Part shown: piece by piece, positions 58,445-64,000 of the stretch
Layout of the letters: the number at the start of each line of letters is the position of its first letter
How positions within the stretch are numbered: the first letter of the stretch is position 1
From: Amoebidium appalachense
Taxonomy: Eukaryota; Protista; Ichthyosporea
Assembly (NCBI GenBank): GCA_963693365.1
Contig: CAVNZM010000003.1
Location: 10,838,388-10,902,387, forward strand
Reading direction: 5' to 3'
Length of the DNA: 64,000 nt
Notes under the pieces: generated by a model
Told to the model about the DNA's origin: nothing
Database searches by the model: none
The model's input: the letters and a program-made list of their open reading frames with translations, nothing else
Made by a program: the position numbers and the translations under genes

Positions 58445-59399
58445 GGGGGGGGGGGGATAGAAAGAAAAACTGCTCGTGGGTCACTGTTTTTCGTCACTGT
58501 ATTTGTAACGGGCCGCTCATATTTATATAACTACTTTAATTTAAGTACACGTGTTCATTATCATATACGATGGCCAAATATAGAAATTTTGGCGTCGAAG
58601 TTCTTGGAGCTAAAAAAACGTTTAAAAGGGGGAAATAATAGCTTGGCCCCAAATTTACCTTGCCGTTTTTAGCGAATGTATTTTTTATTCATGAGTTCTA
58701 GTGTTTCAGTGAGTGCACGTGCCTGCCTCAGGCTGATCATGACAACTGCAACACACCATTCCTACATGGATATCAACCAAAAGAAAATAGTATATACTGT
58801 GGTGGTCTCCTAAACCTTGTGCGGCATGCGCATACATGATATTACAGTGACGCATGTGCATATTATTGTTCTGTACACCGGAGTGTGCCGGTGCACGTGG
58901 CTGTTTTGTGCACATGTTACAATAGCAGCACGATCTCCCTAAACTCCATGTTTACATATCCCTCACCCTGGCTCTGCCTTGTCGGTGCTCCAAAACACAC
59001 ATACAAATCCCCCTAGACTCAGTGCCTGCACATGGTCGCATTCACGTGCAGGTCACGTGACACATGCGATGCCATACTGCCGTCTACAGCAACAACCACG
59101 GCAGCATGTATACCGGCCCAGCACGAGATATACTTATCGGCAGCCCACTGAACTCGCCCATTTTCTCTTTTTCATGTATGTCCCTCCTTTTTTGTAAAAT
59201 CACCCTTTTTGGCCTCCCGGTAGTGGATTTTGCAGGATTTGACTTCTTTGAGGTCCAAAAACCTCAAATTTTCCCCGGCGGGGCCGGGGAGGGAGAATTC
59301 AAAAATTGCCCGCTCCTGATATGGTACCCGGGCCCATGCACGTGCATGACTGTGACTCACAGTGACTGTCCGACTGTCCCCAGGCTGATCCAATCAGTT

Positions 59400-60780
59400 C
59401 ACCAGTAATATATCTAAATAAAGAGTTATTAAAAGCTTTACGATTGGTATTTAACGCACCACACTCTAAATCCCCCACAACTCTCTATCCGGTGGGGGTT
59501 TACACACTTTTTATTGCGTGGACACTGCCGGAGGCCCAGCCACATTCGACGGCCTACTGCGTTTTCCAGCACAGCCAATCAAATGCAGCCATTGACATAT
59601 GTACATGCTAGGCAACAATGAGCGCCATCGTAGTATCTGACACCCCTATTACATATTATGGGTAAGCAGATGCTAGCATCGGTAGCTCCGAAAGAAAGTT
59701 AAGGCACAGGATCACAATATCATACTGTGCAGCATTAATAAGGTGATCTAGGATAGTCATCTTAAAACGGATATATTGAGGAAGAGAGGAAGAAAAGAGA
59801 ATAAAACCGCCAATAACCTCCGGTTCTAATACATTAGCTAACAGGTTGCATTTATTGATAGATATGCAGCCGCGAGTAAACCGCCCCCCACACATATTAC
59901 ACATACGAGCAGGAGACACCAGAAACCGATTACACCGCCAAGCCATAATCATCTTTGCGTTTTTACACCACACCACATTACGAATAAACGAATCTATGTA
60001 TGAACGAGACTCTCTAACCGTATCCGCCATATAGGCTACTAGTAGTTGGTGTTTTTGCGGTCCTAACACCGGAAGGGACTCAACACGTAGAGTAAAAAGA
60101 TATCTATCAGCCATAGACTTGAAACTATTCATATTCACACTATGATCTAGCCGTACCTCCGGGGGGGTCGCCAGCCATTCCACATAGCGCTCGGCAATGG
60201 GCAGAGACGATGGGGAAGAGAAGAGGTAGAGGGGCGAATCCGGCGGGGATGCGTGTAGCCGGAAGAGCGGGTGGTCCGGGGCACAAGCGGACAGGCGGGT
60301 GATGTGCTCGTGAAATTTAAGGGTTAATTCGTGTACGCGTTGTGATGGTGGTGTGAGTGCGTAGAGAGAATCAAAAAGGCGTCTAGGGATAGGTGTGGAA
60401 AGACCAGTGAGAAACATACAACAAGTTGTGTAATGGAAATCATCTATTGATTTGAGGACATTAGTAACATTGTCAGTATCAGGGGGTGCCATAGCTAGTA
60501 AGGGCAACCCGTATTCCGACAAAGGGCGAATATATGTGCGAAATATACTAAGACGATTGTATAGGTGGACAGTATGAGAAAGAGTAGCAAGATACACATC
60601 CCGAAATAACCGAAGACACCTGCCTGCACTCTCCACCCGGTGACAGTCGATCATCCGTTTGAAACATATGCCCCATTCGTCCACCGGAATCCCCAAATAC
60701 TTGTATTCGATTGGGCGAGGGAGGGCCGGGGACTGCCGAAAATACAAACGTCGTCCCATGCCGGTATCGATTTTGATAAA
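59400..60780 (-). mobile_element. 5'-truncated non-LTR retrotransposon (RT C-terminus/thumb, Cys motif, 3' UTR)
   Basis: ORF 59656..60846: EYKYLGIP, IFRTYIRPLSEYGL, WRCN...CNMCG, ILDHLIN. Confidence 0.8.
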
Positions 60781-60879
60781 ACGTTTCACAGAAACGATTC
60801 CTTTTTTTTTCTTTTGACTGGTTTTATTCAACGGAATGATATCCAAGGATGCACGGCCTACTTAGGAGGCAATAAAAAC

Positions 60880-61839
60880 TTCACGAGTTATCCAGTAACA
60901 AGTGCATACTGAGATACCTGAACACTGTGTGAAAATCATATAGATACTCAATGTGACGACCAACAGGATTCAACAAATAGTCTAAATTTAAAGTGTTCAT
61001 ATTAAAATTGCCAGCCAATTAATATTGCAACATATAGCAGAGCAGACACCCGGCCCGTAGGGAAAGAGGCAAAATGCGACGTAAAAACTCGCACCTATCA
61101 ACATGCTTTCGATTAAAAAGTTCAGCACAAAAGTGGCACCAATTAACGGCGATGGAAACAAGAATTACAACGCCACTGCACAACTTCCCATGCAATATCA
61201 ACATCAGAGCACCATTATGATATATACAGACTTATAATTATATACTAGGGTGGTATCCATACGCACAGCAGGAGAAATGTATCCTGCCAAAGCTCCCAAA
61301 GAGTGATAATGATCAGTACGGTGTTGCCTAGGAGCATAACACATGCAGACTGATTTTTACCATGAATAAATATTTATTTCTCAGAGTGAGAAAGAAACTT
61401 ATACTAGTACTGCGTATGATTTAGTAACTCGAAAGGCAGAAAAAACAGGAAGAGAAAAGAAAAGAAAGATGGAGTGAGATAACGACAGGAAGGTAGGACC
61501 AGGTAAAAAACAGGAAGAGAAAAGAAAGAGCCTTTTTCTTTTTTTTTTGGCTGCCAGTGGATTTTTTCAAATCAAGTGTCAGAAATCCAAAGTCATATTG
61601 AATCCCACGATGACCGTTACATTCACAGTAATGTACGTTGCAAAATATCACAAAACATGCTCTAAAATATCATAAATGGTCTGCTAGCCTCTATATCTTC
61701 ATTATACCATGCTTATATGATTTTTTACAACACAGCAGAAAAAGTTCTCGAGACAAAATTCCGAAGCATATGAGTTTGTCATGAACCGTAAACAATCTGA
61801 CAGATGATTGGTGGTCATTGGGATGACGATCCATGTGTG
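60880..61839 (-). pseudogene. Second, decayed LINE 3' fragment of a related family
   Basis: Hand translation HLSDCLRFMTN...VVQWRCN...WCHFCAELFNRKHVDRC...LDYLLN parallels the neighbouring ORF. Confidence 0.6.
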
Positions 61840-63825
61840 TGACTTCATGATAGTGCGTAAACCCGCCCCGGTATGCGCCTCAGCCGGCCGGCCCCGGCCC
61901 GGGCCCCATTCGTGCGCAGCCGCCGCCTCAGCAGCGCGCGGCCCCCTATGTGACGCCTCAGCAGATGGCTCCCCAGCAAGCCGGCGCCCCGCAGTTGGCA
62001 ACTGCCGCCCGTCCCCAACGTCCCGCCCGGCTCCTGGTGCCCCAACCGCCGTGCAGACTGCCACGGCCGCCCGCAGTGGGACGCCGCCAACAACCGCTAC
62101 ACCACCCACTCCGCCAACTTCCGGGGCTGCCCCCACTTCCGCGCCAACCGTCAAGGTCGCACGGCTCCTCAAGACCCCTCTCTGTCGAACAGGATAGCCA
62201 TCCGGTATGCCCTGCGTTAGCGTAGCACTAGTGATCGGGAATATTCGAGATATTCGGGATAAACTGGTGGATAGGTTCACGATAGATCAGGATAGATCTA
62301 GAAGAGTCTAGAAGATTCTATTGGAGTGTTTTGATTGGTAGCGACTAGATCCATAGCGGCGGGTAGACCAATCGGGAATAGTATGTAACATTCCAGTGAG
62401 CCAGACCACAAGTATATAAAGGTCCCGGCGGGCCAGTCAATGCAAGTCAGCAAATAATAAAGTCTCACAGAGAAACCTCTAAGTTATGGTTACGGACCCA
62501 GTACAACGCTACGATCAAGCGACTGTTGAGACAAGATGGGAAGAGCAAAATGTCCAGTTCCCATGTATGAAGGAGAAGGCAAGGGCAAAATCTCCTACTC
62601 AATGTGGGCCATGCGCATGAAGTGCTTCCTTGAGGGCGAGGAATTATGGTACACGATTGAAGACGTGGCTCCTGAAGTGATAGGAGAGGACGGCGAACCG
62701 GTGGAGCAACCTCCGGTGGAGATCGACCCCTTGGATCAGAAGAAGGCGACTTCCTACCTGGTGGAGACACTAGGTGATGTACCTGCAAGCCTGTGTCGGC
62801 GAGCTATTGCCGTAGGAAATCCCAAGGACATATGGGATACGGTAGCATCATACGCTGCGCGCAACACAGATGAGCACAAGAGAATGTTGATTCAACAGTT
62901 CTGGCGTGCTGATATGATGCCGACGGAAAGCGTGCTGGAGTATGCGGCCCGTCTGGAGTGCATTGTGCAGGATCTTCTTCATATCGATCCCAATGGAGTT
63001 AGTGAGGACATGGTTGCCGAGAAATTCCTGGACGGTGTAGGCGCTGACGACCGATTCCGCACCGACGTTAGGACCATTCAAGCTTTACCAGCAGCTGAGA
63101 AGACAATGGAAAAGATAATCGCCAAGCTGCGTGGTTTTGAGGAGAACGAGGCTGCAAGGGAACAGCAGCGGGTGATGATGACCAGCACCCAATGGCGCGG
63201 CGGTACGCCACGACAGGACACCGGCAAGCCGCGCGTGACTGACATATCCAAGGTGGAGTGTTACAAATGTCACAAGTTTGGGCACTACAAGTCACAGTGT
63301 CCAAAGAAGAAGAAGGGCGGCAATCGCGGCGACAAGGCGAAGCAGAACGGAGCTTCCAAGGAGATACTCGCCATGGCGGTAAACAGCGGACTCCCTTCTT
63401 CAACTGAGTGGTATTGGGACTGCGGCGCAACCTCCCATGTCACATGCCGAAAGGACTGGATGGAAGACTTCCGGTCGATCACACCCAAACCCGTCGCTCT
63501 GGGTAACACCCCGGGTGTGATGGCGCTAGGAATAGGCGTCGTAAGATTAACAAGTGAGTTCCAGGGCAACAGCATGATGACATTTACACTGCAGAATGTG
63601 CTGTACGTGCCAGCATTTGGAACTAACGTGATGTCGGCTTCAAGCGCCGGCAAGCACGGGTTAAGAGGCATCACCGACGGTCGACAGTGTACGATTGAGA
63701 GTGCCACAGATGGCCAAGTTGTGGCCCGTGGGGTAGTGGAGGGAGGCCTGTATCGTCTCCTAGTGAAACCCGTATGTGAGAGCGTGAACATGGTGACCAC
63801 TGCAGTCGGCAGCAGTGGGGGTAAC
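61840..63825 (+). mobile_element. Ty1/Copia LTR retrotransposon, 5' part (putative LTR about 61840-62486)
   Basis: Putative termini TGACTT...AAGTTA, a TATATAAA box and AATAAA in the LTR. PBS-like GGTTACGGACCCAG (62488-62501) resembles the copia-type internal tRNAi-Met site. LTR start is tentative. Confidence 0.8.
62536..63825 (+). CDS. Copia Gag-protease polyprotein, truncated by an insertion
   Basis: YSMWAMRMKCFLEGEELW, CYKCHKFGHYKSQC knuckle, WYWDCGATSHV protease, VLYVP and GLYRL motifs. Confidence 0.93.
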
Positions 63826-64000
63826 TGTCATCTTCACTTAATTCTCAGCAAGACTTAGAAGTTTTGTTTGGTATTTATTTATTAGTTGTTGTAGTTTGTT
63901 TCCTTTTCCTTTCTTCATTTCTTTCTTTCTTTTCCGTTTCCGTGTACACGACATCTTAGATCTGTGTACGTATCGACATACTTAGCTCGCGCACACGTAT
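63826..64000 (+). mobile_element. Start of another LTR inserted into the Copia ORF
   Basis: Abrupt compositional switch at TGTCATC; TCTCAGCA-GA-TTAG and ACTTAGCTCG motifs resemble the 7181 Gypsy LTR. Confidence 0.55.

Noticed and set aside
50720-59308. CAGGAGC...GCTCCTG as TIRs of the DUF6729 element
   Set aside because: Only 7 bp match and there is no TSD.

Overview
Eukaryotic nuclear DNA rich in poly-G/C and (CA)n tracts; the lineage cannot be fixed from this window. 1-16216 is a nested retroelement stack: a minus-strand Ngaro/PAT-type DIRS element (split direct repeats, gag, RT/RNase H, tyrosine recombinase almost entirely deleted) interrupted by a Ty3/Gypsy chromovirus (7181-14358) and by a three-LTR tandem non-autonomous element (799-5566) that shares its cis signals. 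Next come a probable organelle-derived insertion with group II intron and tRNA remnants, a MITE, a two-exon GT32 glycosyltransferase and a C2H2 zinc-finger pseudogene split by a TRIM. An 18-exon PELP1/RIX1 gene lies on the minus strand (29980-50467); its introns hold about 14 copies of a 5'-truncated repeat, mostly sitting in poly-G. It is head-to-head with a spliced DUF6729-type transposase-like/3'-5' exonuclease gene. The window ends with two LINE 3' fragments and a Copia element interrupted by another LTR. Best leads: a primer-binding site matching the 5' end (not the CCA end) of a tRNA, poly-G-associated retroelements with a conserved stem, the transposase-exonuclease fusion, and two apparent GT..CG introns. 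Family assignments come from motif recognition by eye, not database searches.
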